Part shown: one piece after another, positions 18,997 through 27,990 of the stretch
Layout of the letters: each line of letters begins with the position of its first letter
How positions within the stretch are numbered: the first letter of the stretch is position 1
DNA from: a bacterium
GTDB taxonomy: Bacteria > Patescibacteriota > Patescibacteriia > JAACEG01 > JAGUWE01
DNA length: 64,000 nucleotides
Assembly (NCBI GenBank): GCA_043798995.1
Contig: JAZDOD010000008.1
Location: forward strand, 119,468 to 183,467
Reading direction: 5' to 3'
Program-made: the position numbers and the translations under genes
The notes under the pieces: model-generated
Seen by the model: the letters and a program-made list of their open reading frames with translations, nothing else
What the model was told of the DNA's origin: nothing
The model's database searches: none

Positions 18997-19962
18997 ATGC
19001 CGAGATGTTTTTACTTTCCTAAAACACGGAGCAAGCAATTGTCGAAGGGATTCAACTCTTCTTTATCAAACGTGATTGATGATCTAAACTGGCGTTTCGA
19101 CAAGACACAACGAACTAAAGCAGAAGAGAAGCACTTTAAACACGACAGAAAAAATTTGCACGAGAAGATAAAAGCAGAAACAGGAGGAGATACGATCAAA
19201 AAAACCATAGATGCGACTAACGAAATATTAAAAAAGTTAAGAATAGATGAAATCGACATAAGCCTATTTAAAACTTTGACTCCATATGATAGTGCCGAAC
19301 TCGTTTTCCCTTTTGATGGTTTTGAACTACCAATTGGACAAGGTGGCTCAGGTATAGAAATGGCCGTTGCTATTGCGTTTTTAGAGTCATTAGCAAAGAT
19401 TTCAAAAGAAGACATCGTTATTGTAATTGATGAGCCAGAATTGCACCTACACCCAACACTTCAAGAGAAGATTTTTAATCATTTCAAAGAAATATCGAGC
19501 GAAATTCAGATTATCGTTTCAACTCATTCGCCCTTTTTGTTTAGGAATGTTTATCAAAACAGTAAAGTTCAGTTGCTTTTAACAAAAAATGAAAGTGATA
19601 AAATCCTAATCCAAGACGCCAGGTCTTCTGAATTTGGGTTGTTAAATTGGAGTCCATCGTGGGGAGAAATATGTTATTTTTCTTACGATTTGCCGACAAT
19701 TGAATTCCACGATGATTTATATGCGAGTTTGCAGGACAAAAACGGAACGGAAAGTATCGCTGCAACAGAAACTTGGTTGATAGCTAATGGGCAAGCAAAG
19801 GAAATTAAATGGAAAGACGACAAAGACATTCAACAAGAAGAAACTTTAATGACCTATATAAGAAACAGAATCCATCACGGCGATAATCAAAATAGGCCAA
19901 TGTATTCTCCCGAACAGTTGAGAGATTCAATAGCGCGAATGATTACTTTACTAAAACTATGA
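18997..19962 (+). CDS. ABC/AAA_21-type ATPase, C-terminal part (signature, Walker B, H-loop) with an HEPN-like RNRIHH tail
   Basis: GQGGSGIEMAVAIAF, IVIVIDEPELHLHP and IIVSTHSP motifs. It is in a different frame from 18513-18953. Confidence 0.55.
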   Translation: MPRCFYFPKTRSKQLSKGFNSSLSNVIDDLNWRFDKTQRTKAEEKHFKHDRKNLHEKIKAETGGDTIKKTIDATNEILKKLRIDEIDISLFKTLTPYDSAELVFPFDGFELPIGQGGSGIEMAVAIAFLESLAKISKEDIVIVIDEPELHLHPTLQEKIFNHFKEISSEIQIIVSTHSPFLFRNVYQNSKVQLLLTKNESDKILIQDARSSEFGLLNWSPSWGEICYFSYDLPTIEFHDDLYASLQDKNGTESIAATETWLIANGQAKEIKWKDDKDIQQEETLMTYIRNRIHHGDNQNRPMYSPEQLRDSIARMITLLKL

Positions 19963-19993
19963 ACGAATTTTCTGAAGACAAATTAACCCCCGT
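19963..19993 (+). other. duplicated remnant of the hsdR 5' end (MNEFSEDKL...)
   Basis: ATGAACGAATTTTCTGAAGACAAATTAA here matches ATGAGCGAGTTTTCCGAAGACAAATTAA at 21665. It overlaps the upstream stop in an ATGA arrangement. Confidence 0.6.
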
Positions 19994-20230
19994 CTTGTGC
20001 GAAATACCATAACTAGCCAAGTTGTGGTGGTAAATTGAGCAAACAATCAAGCGTATAGAAACTGTCTAAAATGTGTCTAAATTAGACACTTGCAAAATAC
20101 TATACAAGAAAACACCGGTTTTTACGCTTAAAATAAGGGCAAAATAGGCAATGGCGCGTCTCTTGTAATGTATAGTTGACAAGAGATGGGCGTTTCTTGT
20201 AAACTTAAATAATCAAACAATACAAGAGTT

Positions 20231-21661
20231 ATGAACGAAGAAAGGAAAGAAAAATTATACCAATTTGTGCGCGACCAAATAGCACAGGGCGTTTTTCGCA
20301 CTCGTGCCTATGTTTTCAACGACCGTGGAGAGCGTAATCCACAAAGGAGTATGTTTTTGCGCATACAAAAATATGTCCATGATTTTATGGGCGGCAATGC
20401 TTCCGTGCGCTGGTTGGTCATGCCGGGTCTTCGCGGGTCCGGCAAGACAACTCTTTTGGCACAGTTATATCACGATACGGATGTACCAATAGAACGCAAA
20501 TTATTCTTGTCGGTGGATCAAGTTACCCAGACATTCGGCGCCTCACTGCAAGAAATTATTCAGGTATACGAAGAAGCGGTTGGTGGTTCGTTTGAGCGGC
20601 TGGAAGAACCGGTATTTTTATTTCTTGATGAAGTGCAATATGATCGTCGCTGGGCCGGATTTTTAAAAACCGTATATGACCGAACTCGGAAAGTTTTTAT
20701 TACTGCGACTGGTTCTTCTGCTCTGATGTTCAATATAAACGCGGATGTTGCTCGTCGAGCTGTATCGGAAAAATTGTATCCTATGAGTTTTACGGAATTT
20801 ATGAAAATCAAACACAATAAATATGAAGAAAAAGGATTGGGGCGAGAATTAAGACAAGCATTGCTGGATTCCAAATCAGCGCAAGAAGTTTATGATCAAC
20901 TTATATCATGCGGGGAAACAGTGAGGCACTATTGGCTGAATGTTGAACGCCAAGAAATAACGCACTATATCAATTACGGCACATTGCCGTATATGGTTGC
21001 TCTGAAAAATGAAGCTCTAGTATACGACCAAATTAAAAAATCGCTTGAGCGTGTTATTTCGGTTGATATTCCCCAAATTGGCAGATTTCGGCCAGATATT
21101 GCTTCAAAATTCCCGATGCTCTTATATGCGATAGCTGATTCAGAGCAGCTTAGTCTAAATAATCTTTCGCGCGTTATGGAGATTGGGAGACCTACACTTA
21201 TGCACATGCTTGATGTTTTGGAGCAGACGGAAACAATAATGCGTGTATATCCGCATGGATCCCATCGATCACAAGTAAGAAAACCATCAAAATATTTATT
21301 CACGTCCCCCGCATTTCGCGCGATGTATTTTAAATTCATCGGTAGCACGCAACGACAAGAAATATACGAAGGCAAGTTGTTGGAAGATATTGTCGGATTG
21401 TATTTGGGGCGGCTTTGCGAACAGCGATCAATATCCCTTACTTATGATTCTGCCGCTGGCGGTGCGGATTTTATCGTGCGAGATAACAATGCCCTTATCG
21501 CAATTGAAGTGGGTCGTGGTCAAAAAGGATTTGAACAGGTGGCACGCACCGCTAAAAAGGTCAAAGCAAAATATGGATTGGTTATTTCTGCGTCAGAATT
21601 GAAAATAGATGTAAAACATTCTGCCGTTTCAGTTCCGTTAGAATTTTTTCTACTTATATAA
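20231..21661 (+). CDS. AAA+ ATPase of the DUF4143/COG1373 family
   Basis: Walker A GLRGSGKTTLL, Walker B FLFLDEVQY and a DUF4143-like C-terminal region. Confidence 0.75.
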   Translation: MNEERKEKLYQFVRDQIAQGVFRTRAYVFNDRGERNPQRSMFLRIQKYVHDFMGGNASVRWLVMPGLRGSGKTTLLAQLYHDTDVPIERKLFLSVDQVTQTFGASLQEIIQVYEEAVGGSFERLEEPVFLFLDEVQYDRRWAGFLKTVYDRTRKVFITATGSSALMFNINADVARRAVSEKLYPMSFTEFMKIKHNKYEEKGLGRELRQALLDSKSAQEVYDQLISCGETVRHYWLNVERQEITHYINYGTLPYMVALKNEALVYDQIKKSLERVISVDIPQIGRFRPDIASKFPMLLYAIADSEQLSLNNLSRVMEIGRPTLMHMLDVLEQTETIMRVYPHGSHRSQVRKPSKYLFTSPAFRAMYFKFIGSTQRQEIYEGKLLEDIVGLYLGRLCEQRSISLTYDSAAGGADFIVRDNNALIAIEVGRGQKGFEQVARTAKKVKAKYGLVISASELKIDVKHSAVSVPLEFFLLI

Positions 21662-21664
21662 AAT

Positions 21665-24600
21665 ATGAGCGAGTTTTCCGAAGACAAATTAATAGAGCAA
21701 ACTGCTATCAAATTTTTCGGCGAGCTTTGGTCCGCTTCCGCTAAAGCTACAGCGGACAAGGGCGCTGAGAATTTCGTGAATGCTTATTCAGACGAGGGTG
21801 ACGCACGACTCGGACGAGAAAACCAGGGGCAGGTTGTTTTGATGAAATATTTAAAACCAGCACTTGAACGATTCAACCCTGATGTATCTACCGAGGGCTT
21901 AAACCTCGCGATCGACGAGATTATAAAAGACCGCTCGGCGATGAGCATGGTGAATGCGAACCGTGAAGTATGGCAACTACTTCGGGACGGCGTAAGGGTT
22001 GAGACGGAAAATGAAAAAGGCGAACAACAGACCGAGACAGTAAAGATTATTGATTTTGAAAATCCAAAAGAAAATCACTTTATGCTCGTATCCCAGCTTT
22101 GGGTAACCGGCGAATTGCATAAACGCCGTCCCGACTTAATTGGCTTTGTAAACGGCTTGCCGCTTGTGCTGATTGAGCTGAAAGCATCGCACAAAAATCT
22201 TCGCAATGCCTACCAGCAAAACATTCGGGATTACAAAGACACGATTCCGCAGCTTTTTTGGTATAACGCTTTTATAATTATTTCCAATGGTATTGAAAGC
22301 AAAGTTGGCACAATTACCGGCGCGTATGAACATTTCAACGAATGGAAGAAAATCAAGGACGAAAAAGAGGTTGGAAAAGTAAGTTTGGAAACGGTAATCA
22401 AGGGCACCTGCGAACCAGCGCGGCTTTTGGATATTATTGAAAACTTTATTCTTTTTGACGACTCCCGCGGAGAACGCGCCAAAGCGATTGCCCGATATTT
22501 TCAATTTTTCGGAGTGAACCGTGCTTTTCTGCAAGTTCAAAATCGGGAAAAAAATAAGGGCCGCCTCGGTGTTTTCTGGCACACGCAAGGGTCCGGCAAA
22601 TCATATTCAATGGTTTTCTTGTCTCAAAAAGTGTTTCGTAAGCTGACCGGAAATTTTACTTTTGTCGTGGTCACAGACCGCAAGGAACTTGATAGGCAAA
22701 TATACAAGACCTTTGCCGCCTGTGGCGCTGTTTACGAAAACGAAGTCCATGCCGATTCCGTAGAACATCTTAAGCAACTGCTTAAAGAAGACCACCGCCA
22801 TGTTTTTACGCTTATCCATAAATTTGCCGAACCAAAAGAATTATCAAACAGAAGCGATGTGATTGTGATGGCCGATGAAGCGCATCGCACGCAATACGAC
22901 CGCATGGCGGCAAATATGCGCATTGCGTTGCCTAAGGCATCATTTCTTGGCTTTACCGGCACGCCCTTGATGGCTAGCGGTGAAGAAAAAACCCGAGAAG
23001 CTTTCGGTGATTATGTCTCAACATACAACTTCGCGCAGTCAGTAAAAGACGGAGCTACGGTTCCCCTTTATTACGAAAATCGTGTTCCAAAACTGGAGAA
23101 TGTAAATCCGGATATTCAGAAAGATTTGGAACGGGTAATGAATTTTTACGATCTTGCGCCGGAAGAAGAGGAAAAACTGGAACAAGAATTTTCAACTTTC
23201 TATCATCTGATAACCCGCGAGGATCGCTTGAATAAAGTCGCAGAAGATATTGTCGCGCACTTCACCGCTCGAGGATATAACGGAAAAGCAATGGTTGTTT
23301 CTATTGATAAGAAAACGGCTATTCGAATGCACGCCAAAGTCAAAGAACAAATGCAACGCCATTTGGCAAAATTGAATATAGCTTTATCCAAAGCTGCTGA
23401 CGAACATGAAAAAGAAAAGATTCGGCAAATCATAGAACAATACGAAGGAATTGATATGGCAGTAGTGGTAAGCCAAGGCCAGAATGAAATCGCCGACATG
23501 GAAGAATTTGAGATTGATATGAGGCCGCTTAGAGCTCGTATGCAAAATGAAGATTTGGAAACCAAATTTAAAGATCCCGACAGCAACCTACGCATTGTCT
23601 TTGTTTGTGCAATGTGGATTACCGGTTTTGATGTTCTCAACCTTTCAACGCTCTACCTTGATAAGCCGCTTAAGAATCACACACTGATGCAGACCATCGC
23701 CCGCGCTAATCGAGTATATCCGGGTAAAACAAACGGCCTTATTGTTGACTACATCGGCGTATTTAGAAATATTCAAAGAGCCCTCGCAATTTATGCTACT
23801 CCGGAGAGCGGCGCGTCAATCGACGACATTATTAAAGAAAAAGAAGCACTCGTTGAGTTGTTGGTTTCAACCGCCACACAGACGAGAGGATTCTTAAAAA
23901 AGCTTGATCTTGATGTTGATAAATTGCTGAAAGCAAAAGACGCAGAAAAGATACGCCTTGTTGATGTATTCACAAATCGTATTTTGCAGGACGAACAGAC
24001 GAAGAAGAGATATCTTGATTTTGCGTCAGATGTCTACCAACTTTACAAAGCGGTATTGCCCGAGCCCAAGGCGGAAGATTATTATCAAGAAGTTATGGCC
24101 TTTAAAGTGATCGCTTCTCGTATTAAAGAAGTCATTGAGGAAGAAGCTGATGTCAGTCAAGTAAAAAAAGACCTTGAGGATTTGCTTGACCGTTCTATAA
24201 AGGCGGGAGAGTTTGTAATCAAGGAGCCAAAACTGAAAGATTTAAGTCATATTGACTTTGAAGCGCTCCGGAAATTTTTTGACGACACTGAAAACAAAAA
24301 CATTGCCGCTGAAAGTTTAAGTGCCGAGCTTGAAGAAAAAATCAAAGAAATGGCGCGGAAAAATAAGATCCGCAAACATTTTCTTGATCGTCTTAATTTA
24401 TTGATTAACGAGTACAATTCCGGCTCTCGCGATCTCGACTCATTTTTTGAAGAACTTCTCGCACTCGCAAAAGAATTAAGCGAGGAAGATCGCCGGGCGA
24501 TAAAAGAAAACCTCACGGAGGAGGAATTGGCGATATTCGATCTTCTTGCGAAGGAAAATCTTAACCCCGATGAAGTGGAGAAAGTGAAAAAAGTTGCGCT

Positions 24601-24820
24601 TGAGTTGTTGGCTAAACTTAAAGCAGAAAAGTTTGTCTTGGATTGGAAGCGGAAAGAGGAAACGCGGGCTGATGTGAAAATAACAATCCGGGATATGCTA
24701 TATGATAATTTGCCCGAGCCAGCGTACTCCGAACAAGATTGCGAAGACCGGACACAAAAAGTTTATTTCCATGTTTACGACAATTATGTGGACGCAAAAA
24801 TTAATGTTTACGCGCAGTAG
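21665..24820 (+). CDS. hsdR: type I restriction enzyme R subunit HsdR
   Basis: N-terminal PD-(D/E)xK motif (VLIELKAS), helicase motif I (HTQGSGKS), DEAH box (VIVMADEAHRTQY) and later helicase motifs. Confidence 0.9.
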   Translation: MSEFSEDKLIEQTAIKFFGELWSASAKATADKGAENFVNAYSDEGDARLGRENQGQVVLMKYLKPALERFNPDVSTEGLNLAIDEIIKDRSAMSMVNANREVWQLLRDGVRVETENEKGEQQTETVKIIDFENPKENHFMLVSQLWVTGELHKRRPDLIGFVNGLPLVLIELKASHKNLRNAYQQNIRDYKDTIPQLFWYNAFIIISNGIESKVGTITGAYEHFNEWKKIKDEKEVGKVSLETVIKGTCEPARLLDIIENFILFDDSRGERAKAIARYFQFFGVNRAFLQVQNREKNKGRLGVFWHTQGSGKSYSMVFLSQKVFRKLTGNFTFVVVTDRKELDRQIYKTFAACGAVYENEVHADSVEHLKQLLKEDHRHVFTLIHKFAEPKELSNRSDVIVMADEAHRTQYDRMAANMRIALPKASFLGFTGTPLMASGEEKTREAFGDYVSTYNFAQSVKDGATVPLYYENRVPKLENVNPDIQKDLERVMNFYDLAPEEEEKLEQEFSTFYHLITREDRLNKVAEDIVAHFTARGYNGKAMVVSIDKKTAIRMHAKVKEQMQRHLAKLNIALSKAADEHEKEKIRQIIEQYEGIDMAVVVSQGQNEIADMEEFEIDMRPLRARMQNEDLETKFKDPDSNLRIVFVCAMWITGFDVLNLSTLYLDKPLKNHTLMQTIARANRVYPGKTNGLIVDYIGVFRNIQRALAIYATPESGASIDDIIKEKEALVELLVSTATQTRGFLKKLDLDVDKLLKAKDAEKIRLVDVFTNRILQDEQTKKRYLDFASDVYQLYKAVLPEPKAEDYYQEVMAFKVIASRIKEVIEEEADVSQVKKDLEDLLDRSIKAGEFVIKEPKLKDLSHIDFEALRKFFDDTENKNIAAESLSAELEEKIKEMARKNKIRKHFLDRLNLLINEYNSGSRDLDSFFEELLALAKELSEEDRRAIKENLTEEELAIFDLLAKENLNPDEVEKVKKVALELLAKLKAEKFVLDWKRKEETRADVKITIRDMLYDNLPEPAYSEQDCEDRTQKVYFHVYDNYVDAKINVYAQ

Positions 24821-24844
24821 TTTGTGAGGTATATTCGAAGTTGA

Positions 24845-24997
24845 AATAGTGAAGTACCTATCCCACCTCTCAAAACCCAAAAACAAATTGTCGCCAAACT
24901 TTCCGCGGCCCAGGATTATAAAAAACAGCTTTTTGAACAGCGAACTAAATTGAAAGAATTATTTGATAGCGTCCTCCACAAATCTTTCAACGCCTAA
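24845..24997 (+). pseudogene. hsdS: hsdS remnant (C-terminal conserved region only)
   Basis: Translates to PIPPLKTQKQIVAKLSAAQDYKKQLFEQRTKLKELFDSVLHKSFNA, the conserved HsdS repeat region, with no TRD. Confidence 0.5.
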
Positions 24998-25047
24998 TAA
25001 CATACCAACAAACTTGAGAATGTTGGGATATTGTATATAATAAAAAT

Positions 25048-25332
25048 ATGGGGAAAATGAAAACCGCAAAACAAATGGAGCGACACCTTAAAGGTATGGC
25101 GAATCATTACCGTATTGAGATACTGCTTCTTATTGCCGAACGCGATGGAATAACGCTTGAAGATATTGTTGAAACACTCGGCGCCAACGAGAAGACTATA
25201 GGCGAGCACACGCGACGACTCTTTCAGGCGGGACTTATCAATAAAAAGTACCGCGGCAAATTTGTAGAGCACACGCTGTCGCCATACGGAAAAACATTCG
25301 TCAGCTTTCTCAAATCATTTCAACGTATATAA
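25048..25332 (+). CDS. ArsR/SmtB-family small HTH regulator (paralog 1)
   Basis: MANHYRIEIL...TIGEHTRRLFQAGLI HTH. It is flanked by 24-bp direct repeats at 25009-25032 and 25344-25367. Confidence 0.7.
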   Translation: MGKMKTAKQMERHLKGMANHYRIEILLLIAERDGITLEDIVETLGANEKTIGEHTRRLFQAGLINKKYRGKFVEHTLSPYGKTFVSFLKSFQRI

Positions 25333-25394
25333 CAACATCCTTACAAACTTGAGAATGTAAGGATATTTTAAACTTAAATATAAATAAGATAAAG

Positions 25395-25510
25395 ATTCCG
25401 TTACTGCCTCTCGAAACCCAAAAACAAATCGTTGAAAAACTCTCCGCGGCGCAGGAATACCCCAGTAGTAGAACGCAAAGCGTTCACTACGGGGCAGGCA
25501 AAAAAAAATA
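25395..25510 (+). pseudogene. hsdS: second orphan hsdS conserved-region fragment
   Basis: Translates to KIPLLPLETQKQIVEKLSAAQEY. It shares about 85% nucleotide identity with 24866-24918. Confidence 0.4.
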
Positions 25511-25549
25511 AGGAGAGAAGATCATTGTTAACTTAAAAAATTTAGGCGT

Positions 25550-26038
25550 ATGAAAAAGAAAGAAAACAATTTCGCGTTTATAGACGGCCAAAACCTTAAT
25601 CTCGGCATTCAAAGCTTGGGCTGGAAATTGAATTATTGGCGTTTTAGAAAATATCTTGCGGAAAAATATTCGGTAGCAACGGCGTATTACTTTATCGGTT
25701 ATGTAGCCGGTAACCAGCCGCTTTATTCCGAACTGCAAAAAGCCGGCTATGTGTTGGTGTTTAAGCCAACCATTCCAGATGGTGATGGAAATGTAAAGGG
25801 CAATATAGATGCCGATCTGGTTTTACAGGTGATGATTGATTTTCCAAATTATGATCAGGCAATCATTGTTTCAAGTGACGGAGATTTTTATTCGCTGGTA
25901 AAACATCTTTATCAAAACAATAAGCTGCGTTTTGTGATGAGTCCGTATATCAAAACTTGCTCAACTTTACTGAAAAAGGAAGCAAAAGAGAGAATTGTAT
26001 TTATGGATAATTTGCGAAAAAAGCTTGAATATAAATGA
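25550..26038 (+). CDS. NYN (LabA-like PIN) domain protein
   Basis: FIDGQNL at the N-terminus and IVSSDGDFYSLVKHL later, both NYN hallmarks. Confidence 0.7.
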   Translation: MKKKENNFAFIDGQNLNLGIQSLGWKLNYWRFRKYLAEKYSVATAYYFIGYVAGNQPLYSELQKAGYVLVFKPTIPDGDGNVKGNIDADLVLQVMIDFPNYDQAIIVSSDGDFYSLVKHLYQNNKLRFVMSPYIKTCSTLLKKEAKERIVFMDNLRKKLEYK

Positions 26039-26278
26039 AAAAGCACCGCTCGAGGACGAAACCTAAAGAGGTGCTCTCTCCTGTGAATTCTAATTAAAGA
26101 ATATTCCTATTATCAAATTTTGTCAAGTCTAAAAAATGTGGATAACTAAAAATTCGAAAAATCCGAGAAATAAAGCCAAAATTGGTTGAACCCCGAAGCA
26201 GTCCGACGCAAGGTCGGACACTACGGGGCAGGCAAAAAGTTGAACCCTTCGGTATACTCAAGGTGAAAAAATAAAATT

Positions 26279-26605
26279 ATGGAAAATGGAAAAGAGGACC
26301 AAATAATTAAAAAAATTGAAGAATTTTTTGAAGTTCCGGAGAGGGTTGCCGATAAAGTCAAAAATGTAGCAGAAAAAGTTAAGGGTGGTTATGTTTTGTT
26401 TGAAACGCGGCCTTGCTGGGACAGTTCTCCCGGCCCCTGGACTAAATTACCGGTGGCTAAAATTGTTTTTCATAAATCCACTCAAATCCGGAAGCTTTAT
26501 TGGATGCGGGCTTCTGGCAAATGGGAGCTTTATGGGCAATACAAAACATTAAACAGGGTTCTGAGGACAATAGAAGAAGATAAACACGGCTGTTTTTGGG
26601 GTTAA
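26279..26605 (+). CDS. hypothetical protein (Trp-rich, about 108 aa)
   Basis: Good coding statistics and an AAGGTGA Shine-Dalgarno sequence. No family recognised. Confidence 0.4.
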   Translation: MENGKEDQIIKKIEEFFEVPERVADKVKNVAEKVKGGYVLFETRPCWDSSPGPWTKLPVAKIVFHKSTQIRKLYWMRASGKWELYGQYKTLNRVLRTIEEDKHGCFWG

Positions 26606-26670
26606 TTCATAATTTAACAACATTCTCATATTCTGCAGAATATAAGAATGTGTGATATAATGGAATTGGT

Positions 26671-26955
26671 ATGAAAACAAAAACGGCAAAACAATTAGAG
26701 AGACACTTCAAAGGCATGGCGAATCATCACCGTATTGAAATTCTGAGGTTAATTGCTGAAAACGAAGGCATCAGTTTGGAGAGTATTGCGGGAAGTTTGG
26801 ATTGTAATTTCAAAACCATTTCTGAGCATACTAGGAAATTAGTTCAAGCCGGGTTGGTTAATAAAAAGTATCACGGCAGAATGGTTGCTCATTCTCTCTC
26901 GCCTTACGGCAAAATTTTTTATGAGTTTGTAAAACATTTCCAGGTTTCTAAATAA
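26671..26955 (+). CDS. ArsR/SmtB-family small HTH regulator (paralog 2)
   Basis: About 60% identical to the 25048 protein. It is flanked by direct repeats containing the palindrome ATTCTGCAGAAT. Confidence 0.7.
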   Translation: MKTKTAKQLERHFKGMANHHRIEILRLIAENEGISLESIAGSLDCNFKTISEHTRKLVQAGLVNKKYHGRMVAHSLSPYGKIFYEFVKHFQVSK

Positions 26956-27037
26956 CATTAATAACATTCTCATACTCATATTCTGCAGAATGTTGGAATG
27001 TCAAAATTTAGAGAAAAAGTAAAATGGAAAATGGACT

Positions 27038-27778
27038 ATGAAAAAGGTTTTGATTATAATTTTTATTGGTTTAGTAATAATTTTGGTCTGGTTTTTGCTT
27101 CCTAAAAAGGAATCAACAAACCAAAATCAATTTATGGGAGAAAAAAATTATTCTTTTGATAAGAATGGTTATATGGTGCTTCCCGAGCCAAGAAAGGAAA
27201 GCAAAACATCAATCGAAGAGGCGCTTTTAAAAAGGCGGAGTATTAGAGAATATAAAGACGAAGCGTTAAGTCTAGAAGAAATTTCTCAAATTTTATGGTC
27301 AGCTCAAGGAATTACTGCTCCAGAGCAGGGCGGTCGAACCGCTCCTTCAGCTGGCGCCCTCTACCCCTTGGAAATCTATTTAGTAGTAAGAAAAGCAGAA
27401 AATCTTGAGCCGGCTGTTTATCACTATTTGCCCGATGGTCATAAAATAGAAAAAGTTTTAGAAGGAGATGTTAGCGAAGATTTAGCCAAGGCAGCTTTAA
27501 ATCAGATGTTTATAAAAGAGGCGCCAGCAAACATAGTAATTTCAGCAGTTTTTTCTCGGACTACCTCAAAATACGGCGAACGAGGTAATCAATATGTTTA
27601 TATGGAGGCTGGCCATGTTTCCCAAAATATTTATTTACAGGTTGAAAGTTTGGAATTGGGGACAGTATCAGTAGGAGCTTTTTCTGGCGAAGAAGTTAAA
27701 AGAATTTTAAACCTGCAAGAAGAAATCCCCCTATACATAATGCCGATTGGGAGGATTAATAAATCCCGCACCTTTTAG
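27038..27778 (+). CDS. membrane-anchored nitroreductase-family protein
   Basis: N-terminal TM. Nitroreductase fold motifs ([28 protein letters not shown]). Confidence 0.7.
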   Translation: MKKVLIIIFIGLVIILVWFLLPKKESTNQNQFMGEKNYSFDKNGYMVLPEPRKESKTSIEEALLKRRSIREYKDEALSLEEISQILWSAQGITAPEQGGRTAPSAGALYPLEIYLVVRKAENLEPAVYHYLPDGHKIEKVLEGDVSEDLAKAALNQMFIKEAPANIVISAVFSRTTSKYGERGNQYVYMEAGHVSQNIYLQVESLELGTVSVGAFSGEEVKRILNLQEEIPLYIMPIGRINKSRTF

Positions 27779-27990
27779 CGGGGTTTTAAACCCCATTGAA
27801 AGGATTTACTTTATATTCTTTCATCCCCGCAAAAAGTTCTAGGGTACTCGAGAAAGGGAATATAAAAATATCATACCCTCTAATTCGCGCGAATAAGGGA
27901 ATAAGGAGTTGTAGTTTTTAGCTTTGCACTTTTCCCGCTTTCAGCGGGATCCCGCCATCGGCGGTGATAATTTTTACTTTAATAATTATG

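Noticed and set aside
20304-20492. Several 60-130 aa ORFs (20304-20492, 20974-21375, 21390-21602) inside the DUF4143 ATPase gene.
   Set aside because: All lie within or antisense to the well-supported 476-aa ATPase ORF.
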